From: Perkinsus chesapeaki ATCC PRA-425
Taxonomy: Eukaryota > Protista > Perkinsozoa
DNA length: 64,000 nucleotides
Direction: 5' to 3'
NCBI GenBank assembly: GCA_013115145.1
Contig: JAAPAO010000074.1
Location: 25,880 to 89,879 of the forward strand
Within the stretch, counting starts at the first letter, position 1; each line of letters starts with the position of its first letter. Of this stretch, positions 33,331-44,400 are shown in pieces. The position numbers and the translations under genes were made by a program. The notes under the pieces were generated by a model. It searched no databases and was not told where the DNA came from. It saw only the letters and a list, made by a program, of their open reading frames with translations.

Positions 33331-35380
33331 TCAATCGATGCTCGCTGTAATTTGCAAGGAGCGCAAGTTGAAGTCTGAACAATCATGTTTACTTTGGTTT
33401 GACTTTCGTCCCCATTCTGGTAGCTGCACTCGTCTAGATCCACTCCCTTTCTTTGATATTGATGATGGTGGGGATGGATCATAATTGGGTGTAGAATCAT
33501 CATTAACCTCTGGCGTGCATGCCCTCTGTATCCCTCCTGACGGATTTAGCTTCCTTGGAAGGTATTGTGAAAGGACAGACTCTTCTAGATCACGTGCATC
33601 TTCACCGGCGGTAGATACTTCACGCTGGAGCTTTTGAACCAATGCATCCTTCTCGTTAACTAAACTTTGCATTTCCCTAACCTAACCAAAGGGCAACCAA
33701 TACACCGAGACGTAGAGAATGACCTACCTGTCCCGTCAGCCATACGCCACGCCTTTCTGCACTCTCTAGGCCCTCTTTAGTTTGCTGACAGCTCACCTCG
33801 GCCGCTCTTAGCGCCTCGATCTTCACGACTAGTTGTGCCTATCGAGGCAGCGTGTATCATATTTAGGCAAGTTATCCCACTTGTGCATCCGACTCTGACT
33901 TTTTAAGCCCCTCCAATTTTGCCTTCAAGGACGCTGCTTCCTGTCGAAGCTCTCCACAGATTTGACGCTCTCGGCAAAGATCTGCTTTTACAGATTGTGC
34001 TTCAATAACGGCTTTTACTAATCTATCACAGTACGCCCCGATACCGCATGAAGCCCGTAGCGTACGTACCCTTCTATGAGCCTATTCTTCTTTATCGAGT
34101 CTTGAGATTCAACTGTCGCTCGATCAAGGTCAGGACCGCTGCATGCCCAAAGCCATTTGAACATATCATAAAACTCACCATAAGAAGCCTCATCATCGAG
34201 TCTCTCGGCAAGTGTACCAGAGGCGGAATGTACGGCAGCAAGTGTCTCCCTCATCACATCACGTTCTGTGGAGATAAGATTTAGATCTGCTCTAAGGCTG
34301 TGTATCTGTAAGGAGACATCGGTGTCTGTCTGTAGCTCAGCATACACCTACTTCATCCTTTACTCCTGTCTTTATGTCTTGGAGCTCTCGTTTAAGCTTC
34401 CTCACATCGTCTAATGCGTCATCCCTTTCAACTAGTGCTTCATCAGCCTACTCGGGCAGCATGTTCTATGCTACTCAAGTGCCAACGTACTTGCTTCCTT
34501 GCCACCAAAAGGACTTGTCTTGTCCTTTTCAACTGCCTTGCTATTGCAGCCGGATCATATGGCAACTGCTGCTGTGATGTTATTGGAGCCGTTGACCGCG
34601 GGCGCATCATTTGATCGAAGTACTGGGCAACTCTGGCGTACACAATTGCTGGGTACCAGAAGCAGGGCCTCACAGGGTAGTGAAACTCATGCAAGTGAAG
34701 TAAGTGGAAAAGTTTGTATCATGCAAAGTAGCAATACTGTTGTTGTTGTTGTTGATGATGATGTTGTTGTTGTCGTGGTACAACTCCTATACCACCATAA
34801 AAAGTGCTACCGACTGGGGGATATGCTATGGCTTGCTGTGGCGGTGTTGCTACTATAACTGGGCACATATTAGAATGTTTTACATCAATGCTACTGGTAT
34901 TATTAATAACTCTATGATACACAGCTGGATGATGATGATGCTTTCCTACACTCTGCTGATATACAGAGGGATTAATACTTTTAGGAGACCGCACTTCGAG
35001 GCTACTACGAGAAGGAAGAGGAGGAGGAGGAGAAGCCTTCACTTCCTCATACTTGTGGTTATTAATATCAGCTAGCTGATGATGACGATGAGGAGTTTCT
35101 CCTTCGTCATTAGTTTGCAATCGAGTCGAGTGCTGCATAGCAACATCAGCTGCAACTGAAGCCTCGACGCCTGTACTGCCGACAAGACAACTTCTCCCTT
35201 CTGGTGTAGTGCCCCCCACGGTAGTAGAACAGAGAGATGGGTTATGATACGGCATGTGCAACTTGAAGGCCTCCTCACGCTCTTGTTGCATCTGCTCTAT
35301 CCTTTCTTCTAATGTTATACCTAACATACTATCTCAATGCTAACAGCTATACTGTACTAGCCCTACCATTGGCTTTCCAT
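33331..35380 (-). CDS. Multi-exon coiled-coil hypothetical protein with Gln/His/Pro-rich N-terminus
   Basis: ORFs 34719-35327, 34443-34694, 34018-34347 and 33331-33672 link through short introns. Heptad-like exons include ADEALVERDDALDDVRKLKRELQDIK and ICGELRQEAASLKAKLEGLK. Start codon uncertain. Confidence 0.6.
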
Positions 35381-35590
35381 GGAGGAGAGGGAAGCCATCG
35401 TGTATAACCGATACCGCGAGGATCATCTACCCGACGACGCCCTTCGTGATTTACAGGGGGGAACATAACTATAATTGGTTTCATTTATCGTTAAAGAAGT
35501 ATAAAAACGATAACATATATCTACTATAGAGAAACGTCGCATAGGACATGATAGGACATGTTACAGGTTATAATGTAATGGTATCATCAT

Positions 35591-38011
35591 TCAGTTATAC
35601 TCTAGCTTATCTCGAATATGCCATGCATGCTCCCATAATAGAGTTAGGGTCTCGTCATCTAATGGTACTTGAGATACTTCCAGGGCTAAGATAATATCCT
35701 CCAGTGGTATCAAACCATCAGCTGCTGCTATAGCGTGTACTAGAAACAAGGGTAGGATAGCTCCTAGGGACTTCACAGCCCGGGTAAGAGCCTCCTCGTT
35801 ATGTTCAGTTAGACTGTAAAGGACTCTTTGGGCCAGGCATCCGCAGTTGGCATTCTGGTGATCTTGGCGATTCATGCATCGTAGAATGCCGGGAGAGGAT
35901 TGCCTTGGGACGCTTAGGTTGAGAGAATTCAGCGCTTGAGATAGAGTGATAGACCCATCCGATAGTGGGAAGAGCCCTGGTGGATACTTCACCATCAACT
36001 CGAATGGTACCGTATGGTCCATAAGGATATCCATATACCGCCGAGGGTGCAGCATGACATGAGGGGACAGTCTAAGGTATTGAGTAATCTCCTTATACTT
36101 ATCGCCAAGGGCTGCACATTGCCATCTGATCTCATCACATTTACGTCTACTTGTGATTGCAGTGGCGGTACTGCCGTCGGCTATTGACATAGCTCTCTGG
36201 GCTGCCTCCCATCCAAGAGTGCTGAAGGCCTCGTAGAGCTCGTCTCTAATCACCTTAACCTCCACAAGGGAATGACAGTCGGCCTCTAGCGCATCAATGA
36301 CCCACGGAGGCGTTATGGGCTCCTCCACTAGCAGTGAAAGACCAGAGTGCTTCGTGACGAGACACGAAGATAGAGACAGCAATCGTGCACGCGACTCCAC
36401 TTGGTACACTGTCGCACGATCAACACTAGCATAGGAATTTCGGCTCATGGAATAGCCTACCACACTTACTGGCCTCCTCCAGTTATAAGTGGATATAAAT
36501 AATGTTGTACAGCCAGAGGGCGGATGTAATGACGTGATACCGTCTGAAGGATGGGCATGCCGAATGCTACGCAGACAGCAAGGGCTAGGCGGACCCGTGA
36601 AGCCAGTGTTTATTGCACTTGGGAAGTTAGATAAGTTAAGCACTTCAACAGAGTCACTAGTAGGCCCATCTTCTGTACTATGCCTATCAGCCAGGGAATG
36701 AGTCTTAGAACGCCGACTGCTGCTGCTGTTGCCACTGACGACACTTCTCTCTTCTGAAGTGGGGATTGGCAGTCTAGCCGGCAATGAGCGAGGATGGGGG
36801 GAAGGTGATAGTAATGATATTGACAGTAGTGTAATGTGAGGAGGCATGCCTATGACATTAGGCTTTATTAATGCTGTTATAGAAGGGCTCGTACTATAGG
36901 CACCAATGTGAAGCAGTACCCCTTGCATTTGGGGACCAAGAGTGCTAACTGATACAATGGGGGGACAATTATTGTGTTGAGACATATACATAAACTCATA
37001 GGCCACTTCAACTGTTTCAACATCTAACAGATATGCCCGTTGCTTACTACCACTAGCGATAGATAAGACATGTCGATCGGTCAGAACCCATAACATACCA
37101 AGGCTGACAGACTTGCCATCATTAGATGAAAACTTCAAGGTGTTCTGTACAGAGAGCGTAGTATAGTTACAGCTGTCGTCTAATAGATTGATATCAGCAA
37201 GCCATATCCTTCCACCAGGTCGAGCACAGCAAACACGGCCATCATCTAATAAAGCACCACCAAACCTACCATGATGCTCTCTAGACCCAACCCATACAGG
37301 TTGTTGTTCTGTATCACTTAGCCGTACAATGCATACTCTAGAAGTGGTAGCTATTAGCAGTAGTCCTTTGGGTAGTACCCGATCACTGTATACCATAGAG
37401 AGTATCTCATCACCGTTAAGAGAACAGTCAATGGGAATAGGGTCACCACTATCATCTACAATACGGAAGATCTCTCCTTGGCAAGTACCAGCATAGATAT
37501 CTCTACCCTTTCCAAATGATAAAGCTGTGACCATACTGCCAAGGCTTTTATGATACTGTATATCGACACTACTTGGTGTAGCACATATCAGATAGACTTT
37601 ACTGCTACCAGGTGCTGTACTACAATGGCAGGCTACGGCCAGGCAGCTACCATCGCTTGAAACCGTGGCTGCCACTATGGGTCCTTCTTCTTCTAGTTGC
37701 ACCCCCGATACTCTCTCCCTACTGAATACCGCCAATCTCCGTGAGCTGCTACTGTCTATAACGTTAAGAGCAGCTGTGTTAACATGGTTCCCTTCTTCTA
37801 TTGCCCAGAATAATGGTTTGACACCTTTTATGCTACGACACAGAGATAAGTATGAAAGCTGTTGAGTGTGGTGCATTGATTCATGTTGTGGTTGATGGAG
37901 CCTAGCTGTACTCTCTTTGGTACTATCAGTCTCATGAGATGATGATGCAGTATCGGACACTGATGATCCTACAGTAAAGGAAGAGGCTCCTGTTGGGGAT
38001 GGTAATACCAT
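35591..38011 (-). CDS. TECPR2/HPS5-like N-terminal beta-propeller protein, single exon
   Basis: WD40-like strands (MVTALSFGKGRDIYAGTCQGEI; DEILSMVYSD..LLLIATTSRVCIV) and the segment VGSREHHGRFGGALLDDGRVCCARPGGRIWLAD resemble the G-[KR]-[FY]-G-A...RPG-x-R-x-W signature of the TECPR2/HPS5 propeller. First ATG is at 38011; the ORF track uses an upstream TTG. Confidence 0.6.
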   Translation of the reverse strand: MVLPSPTGASSFTVGSSVSDTASSSHETDSTKESTARLHQPQHESMHHTQQLSYLSLCRSIKGVKPLFWAIEEGNHVNTAALNVIDSSSSRRLAVFSRERVSGVQLEEEGPIVAATVSSDGSCLAVACHCSTAPGSSKVYLICATPSSVDIQYHKSLGSMVTALSFGKGRDIYAGTCQGEIFRIVDDSGDPIPIDCSLNGDEILSMVYSDRVLPKGLLLIATTSRVCIVRLSDTEQQPVWVGSREHHGRFGGALLDDGRVCCARPGGRIWLADINLLDDSCNYTTLSVQNTLKFSSNDGKSVSLGMLWVLTDRHVLSIASGSKQRAYLLDVETVEVAYEFMYMSQHNNCPPIVSVSTLGPQMQGVLLHIGAYSTSPSITALIKPNVIGMPPHITLLSISLLSPSPHPRSLPARLPIPTSEERSVVSGNSSSSRRSKTHSLADRHSTEDGPTSDSVEVLNLSNFPSAINTGFTGPPSPCCLRSIRHAHPSDGITSLHPPSGCTTLFISTYNWRRPVSVVGYSMSRNSYASVDRATVYQVESRARLLSLSSCLVTKHSGLSLLVEEPITPPWVIDALEADCHSLVEVKVIRDELYEAFSTLGWEAAQRAMSIADGSTATAITSRRKCDEIRWQCAALGDKYKEITQYLRLSPHVMLHPRRYMDILMDHTVPFELMVKYPPGLFPLSDGSITLSQALNSLNLSVPRQSSPGILRCMNRQDHQNANCGCLAQRVLYSLTEHNEEALTRAVKSLGAILPLFLVHAIAAADGLIPLEDIILALEVSQVPLDDETLTLLWEHAWHIRDKLEYN

Positions 38012-38288
38012 ACAACAAGCAATGACTATTAAAGGTGTACTTGTTATTGACAGCAGCAACTAAAGAGATATATGATATGGTATATAGGAAGAGAAACAAT
38101 ACACAGTACAACAACAGCAACAAGCGTAACGACGACGACGACGATGACGTTGATGATGTGGCTGCAACAGAAGTATTATCATTAATAGTAACGATGCTAC
38201 TAACCATTGCCGTAATGCTATACCCTGTGTAACTCAGTGGGGAAGGTACATTAAATGATGACGAAGTAAACAACAACACTGATCGCCA

Positions 38289-41200
38289 TTAATCATCACC
38301 AAGTAGATCAGTAGACTCTACTGTATCACTCTGAGATGGTGATGCCTCTTCTTCTTGTTGTTCTGCTGCTGCTGGGGGCGGAGGTGGAGGTGGTGGCTGG
38401 TCTTCACCATAGCTGTTGTCATCTTGGTAACTCGTTGGTGATCCTTGATACAATGGATCTATCACTGGTACAAATTTATTGCTAGGCATCCGATAGATAA
38501 CAGATAGGGTGTTGAACTCATCATGGAATATTCTATCATCTATTTGAACATCATATGCATCAGCTGAAGCATTAGCCTAAGTATGATATAACATACATGA
38601 TAAGTATCAAAGGAGGCTATTCTTACTGTAGCTTCATCACCAACTAACACTATATCATGGGCTTCCTTAGCATCTCGCTGTAGCAATCGATAATACATAA
38701 GGGCACGGTCCCGTACGTCAGGGCTAGCGGCTGGACCTAACACAATAACCTACAGGATACAGTAGCAGTAGAGTAATATACTTGTAACAGCATAATTGAG
38801 TGCAAGGCCAAGGACCTTCTGCATCTCAGGTGGTCGTGCAAAGAATAGCTTAGTGCATGCTGTGAGAAGCTCTAATGCTACTGTATCATCAGACGCTTTA
38901 ACCTCCTCATCGTCCTTCGATACCGTTGGAGCTGCTGAGTAAAGTATGATGCTTAATAGGGCATTATACCTTCATACCTGGTGCAGTAGCAGTATTAGGC
39001 TCCTCACTGCCAAACTCAGCGGCATCTAAACCGTTGATCCCTGGTGATAGAGCACCTGCCTCAGCATCCATTAGATCATTTATTATATCCTCTAGAATGT
39101 ACGGTGCCATCGGTATAGATTCACCATATTCGCCTGATATCACTTACCAATAAAATATATATTAACCTACCTAGGATCCACACAACAGCTGCTTTCCCTA
39201 ATGGATCTCCTGATACGTTCTTTAAGCACTTCTCTAAAACCTCTGGGCTTGTTATCTAATAATAATAGCAGCAGGTACGACGATATACTCTAGGCATTAT
39301 TATTAAGGTACAAGTTCTATGGTATGTTCCTTGCCATTTGCTACACCACTTCTAAGTAGCTGTTTTAAAACAACAACTGCCTCCGATGCTACACCTTTAT
39401 CACGAGGAGAGTCCGAGCCTATTATGATAGATAATAACGGTTATATATATTGGTAACCCTACATGTAAGGTGATCCAATAGGATATCGAATATACCAGGT
39501 ACTGCTCCTGGACAGGCTAAACCAACTGCACCAATGCTACGTACTGCTTCACGAGACACCTCCGGATCTGGATCATTAGTGATGGTCTCACGGAACTAAT
39601 AGCCAGCAACAATAGTATAATGGGATAGTGTAATGGTACTACTACCTCGCCAAGTATATCATTAACACAATTGCTATCAGTTTTGGCAGCTTGGCATGCC
39701 AGGAGGGTTAAGACCTGAGGATAGTAATAGTACCACTATTCTAAACGCTAATGCATGTACTTGAAGCTTAAGATACTTTATGTAGCTTGGCTCGTTGTAT
39801 CGACAGTAAAAATTCTTGTAGTCATTGCCAGTAAAGAGCGGTGGACCTGGCAGGTACAGTGTCGTAATCTTAACCTTGGCAGTAATGACTACTTGCAGTC
39901 TTTTGTTGATGAAGCACCAATACAATGATATGACTAAGTATCACATAAGCTTGTTCATGACCACCAGTTGATATCGCCCCCAATAGTGTAAGTAAGGTAG
40001 GCTTCAATCTCTCCCTAATATAATATTATTATATAGTAGAGTGACAGTAGCTTACAAGACTTGCTGTAGTAGTTCACTATTGCCAGTAGCATCAGCTGCA
40101 TCAGATGCCCACTCCATATATAATGTACTAGCTGCCATTATAACTGATGGGCTATTCTGTTTTAATAGAGGGTCTAGTATATTAAATACATCGAACATCT
40201 CCTCCTCGGTACCTGAATACAGAGATGCCACCAGAGTATAGTGATGCTACTAGTGGTCGTCGTCTTATTACTTGGTCTATACTTCTTTCCTATAATCTTA
40301 ATAACAGCATCAGCACCCCATTCAGAGAAACGGTATATATTATTAAGGAGGTTATCAACTATCTCCTGAGTTAACTCTATACCACCAATATCAGCTAGTA
40401 TCTCGTTCAATGCCACCTGATGATGATGCAATAATGGATAATAGTTGAACCTAGGCAACCTACCACAGCATCATATATAACATCAGGATCACTATCAGAT
40501 CCGGATACTATACGATAAAGATCTTGCACGATGTCTGTATTCTCTCTAACCTATAAAATTAACGATGATAGCAATATCTGTAATGATAATAATGATGTTA
40601 CGTGTTGTGGATCAAGATGGAACATCTTCAATGCTCCAACAACAGCTGTCTTCCTAACATATCCATTAGGATCAGATAAACCCTTCTTAACTGCTGGCTC
40701 TAAATATTCCATCATGTTACTTAGTTGGAGACCGCCTGAATAAGTAGGCAATGACCGTAGGCTAAGCGGTTGAAGAAACATCCTACAAAGTGATCGTAAA
40801 GCCAAGCCTCGTATGCTAGGATCGGTATCCTGACAGTCCTTCTGTAGTGTATTAATAGCAAGTACTGCTAGAGATGGGTTTGATGCTGCGTAGTTCACAA
40901 GGTAAAGATATATCATTTTCTTCTGTACCTGTATTCGATAATAGACATAATAGTGGTTGTTATTATTATATTAAGGTTACCAAATCATTTGTATAAGATG
41001 CCATAACCATCTCAGGGAACAATCGACTTACATCTATACCAAGAGTCATAAATGCAATCACCTGGACATATTTCGTATTGGTGGTATGTCAGCAGATGTG
41101 GTCCCTAACCTTTTTAATAGCCTCACGCTTCTTAGTCTGATCCCTATCATTCTGCACCGACTGTAACAATTGCCGAAGCTCATTGATTTCCCCACGTTTA

Positions 41201-41293
41201 TCAAAGTACCTATAAAGTATAATGGATAGGGTATAATAAGGTAACATACTGTGCTGGCTGAGGAGGTGGGGGTGGTGGTGGCACGGCAGCCAT
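38289..41293 (-). CDS. AP4B: Adaptor complex beta chain, AP-4 beta type
   Basis: [112 protein letters not shown] and EFNTLSV. The [11 protein letters not shown] and short N-terminal pattern fit beta4 better than beta1/2. Confidence 0.85.
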
Positions 41294-41477
41294 GGTAGGC
41301 GACAGTACGCAGAAAAAAAGCAAACTATAATAGAGGTATTGGGTGATATACTTTAACACAATAGAAGAGTATTAGTAAAGGGAAAACATACAATCTGGTA
41401 AATACGTTAGATAACTATCAGTCAACAACTGTGGTAAAGGGGGGTGATGTTATCAATAATAATAATATTAACATCAA

Positions 41478-44400
41478 TCATAGTTTACGTTGTTTAAGTC
41501 CTCGCCATTCTTGAACCTTCTCTTTCATAGCTCTCTTTCTCTTTTCAGTTTTCACAACTCTCTTTGCTAACTTCCTTTCTGCAGTCTCCTGTGGGTTTAC
41601 TATGGCATTAGCCTTCTCATCAGCCTTACGACGCTGTCTTGATCTTACTACTATTCCTCTCATCTAAATATTAACATACCATCATCGTCATCATCAATCT
41701 AACACCAGCTACCGTCTTACCTCTATAAGTTCCTTATTCCATTTATTATACAGCTTCGCTCCGCCTGCTTTACGTATCCATTTCCCCATGGATTCAACAG
41801 CTTGATTCGCTATAGCACATACCCTTCTAATACCAGTATATGGCTTTAACTTAGCTAGATCTGTTAGACTACTGGCTTGTCCAACTAAAGGGAATAACAA
41901 CATGTATTAGTGAATAAGGTAGTGCTAGGCCGTCTTACTCTTATCCTCTCCCTCTTGTGCTGGTCTAACACTAGATATCCTTACCAATGTTGATAACAAT
42001 GGTTTTAATAACCCAGCTTCATCAGAGCATAGTACTTCAGGAGTAACCAGTACAGCGCTGGCACATACTAGTTTGAGTAAAGCACCCAATCGTACAATAC
42101 CACCACTTCGCTTATATGCAGCCAATAGCTTTCTGCTCTCATAACTGGTACGTACTAACAACCACTTCAATCTAGGTGGGACTCTTGTCGAACTCTCTGG
42201 TGGAAGCTCAACTGCTGCTGTAATATCATCATCCTCCTCCTCCTCACCTTCACCCTCTCTATCATTGGACCCAGCTAGTAGGCCCATATCAGGCATGCTC
42301 TCCAGCTCTGGCTGCTCTTCCTGTGGCTCAGCATCATCATCCTCCTTAGTAGAGGCTGTACCATTCTTTTGTTCTGTACTCTCCTCTTCACTTGTGCTTT
42401 CAACATCATCATCATCATCATCATCATCATCAATATCATCACCCTCATCATCCATGACTTCTTCTTCTTCTTCCTCCTCGTCTGATATTATCCCCACCTT
42501 AGAGTTTTGATCACGTTGTGCACATGATAGCACCGCTACAGTAGCCCTAACAGATGCTGTTGCTACTTCTGGATGTTCTCCAGCATATGGTGAATAACAA
42601 GCTGCTGTCAGTCTTGGTATGGCCCCTTCTGCTACATAACTCTCAGTATACTGGTGAGCTGCGGAGGAATCATCAGTGATTAACTCGTTGATTAACTCCG
42701 TATCAACTGGAGACTCTGGTACAGTCCACTCATTATGGCTATCAGAGTACTCAGTAACAATTCTTAGAGCAGCTAGCCTAACCCATGGATGAGGGGCTCT
42801 AGTGGCTGCTGGTCCCAATGATAGCTGTACAAAGGCGTTACTGTTATTATCTAAGGAAGCTTCTTTATGGTACCCACCAGCCTCAAATGCTACCAACAGC
42901 TCGTAGAGAGTGTGCCAATAGCTTAGTTGCTGTGGTGATGATATCTTACCCAGTCTAATGACAGAGTCCCTTAAAACAGAGACAACATCGGTATCAGAGG
43001 GGTCTGGACAAGAGCGACAGAACTCTCCAAAGGCTCCCAATAGCTTAGGGTTATCGGCTTTGCTCCAAGTAGTGACCTTTCCTCGTAGGGTAGGACGTAG
43101 ATTAGTCTTATCAACCACCACTTTAACAAGCTCACGAAGCATTGATCTACACCTATCATCAGTTTCACCAGCAGCACCAGCTAATGACGTTAATGTAATC
43201 ATCAATGCGAAGTCCTTCAATACTTCTGGTGGCATTTGCAAAGCTAATGAATGCAGTGCGTTAATACAGTACCGTCTGGTAGGAGGAGCACAAGTAGGGT
43301 TTGGGGAGTTAGCACAGGCAGCTGCTACACGTACAAGAGAGGCTATCTTAGCAGTAAGTGATTGGGTTGTATGAGGATAATCTATCAACCATTTACATAC
43401 TATTTGACCACATAATGCACCCAATGTATCATCGTTATAATAAGTACCACCAGCACCACAGAGCAAGTTCTCCAATACAACATTACAAACGCTATAGAGC
43501 TGAACTACCAATTCAGAGTGACCTGCTTTACCAGAACTTCTAGATCGTTTAGTAGAGGCCTCTGATGGTGGTGTAACTCGTGGCATAATAACACGACGTA
43601 ACATAGTCATAGCACTGATCCTTAGTTTAGGATGCTCATTAACACATAGTTCTACATGGGCAAGTAGAGCTAATAAAAGCTCATCATTACATTTAATAAT
43701 ACCAACAGTACCAGTTAATAAACTACACAGGAGTTTTGTACAAGTACTAACTATAGCTGCTGCACTAGTATGGGTCTGTTGACGCTTAGCTTGTACAGCA
43801 GAGAGGTCTCTAGAAAGGGAGGCTCCGGCACTATAGAACTGAACCATCTTTAATACACTTTTAACTATACCAAGAGTCTCCTTAGCACTAAGGACTTCAA
43901 GTAGAGGATTCTTAGCCGCTCCCTTAGAAGAAGTAGTAGTATACTTCATACAGGATATCATACGACTCAATGATCTAGCTGCTGGTACAAATACATCATC
44001 AACTTTACTAACGGTTATAAAGTATGCTACTGGTGATAGTACACCACGCAAAGTTGCCTCATCATTGAAGAGAGCGGTAGTAGAGTCACCACCTCTTCTA
44101 AGTAATCCTTCTAGTAGTTTTAGACCAACCTCAGCAGCAGCACTGCCTCGTACAGTAGCATCATATCTCTCAGTATGGCCACCAGTACCAGCCTTCTTCC
44201 ATTCCTCAGATACCCATGCCCCACGACCAGTAGCAGCACCAGGTAGAACTGTAACCGTCTCTTCCTTCTTTGTCTTAGCTGCCTTCTCATCCTTCGTTTT
44301 AGATGCTGCTGGATCTATCCTAGCTGCATTAGCAGAGAACAGGTCACCTTCTTCAAACTGAGGTTTGTCTTCTAACACCTCAACAGAGCGTGTAAGTATC

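Noticed and set aside
33176-33503. ORFs overlapping the tRNA on both strands
   Set aside because: They are explained by the tRNA-Gln sequence and the last exon of the coiled-coil gene.
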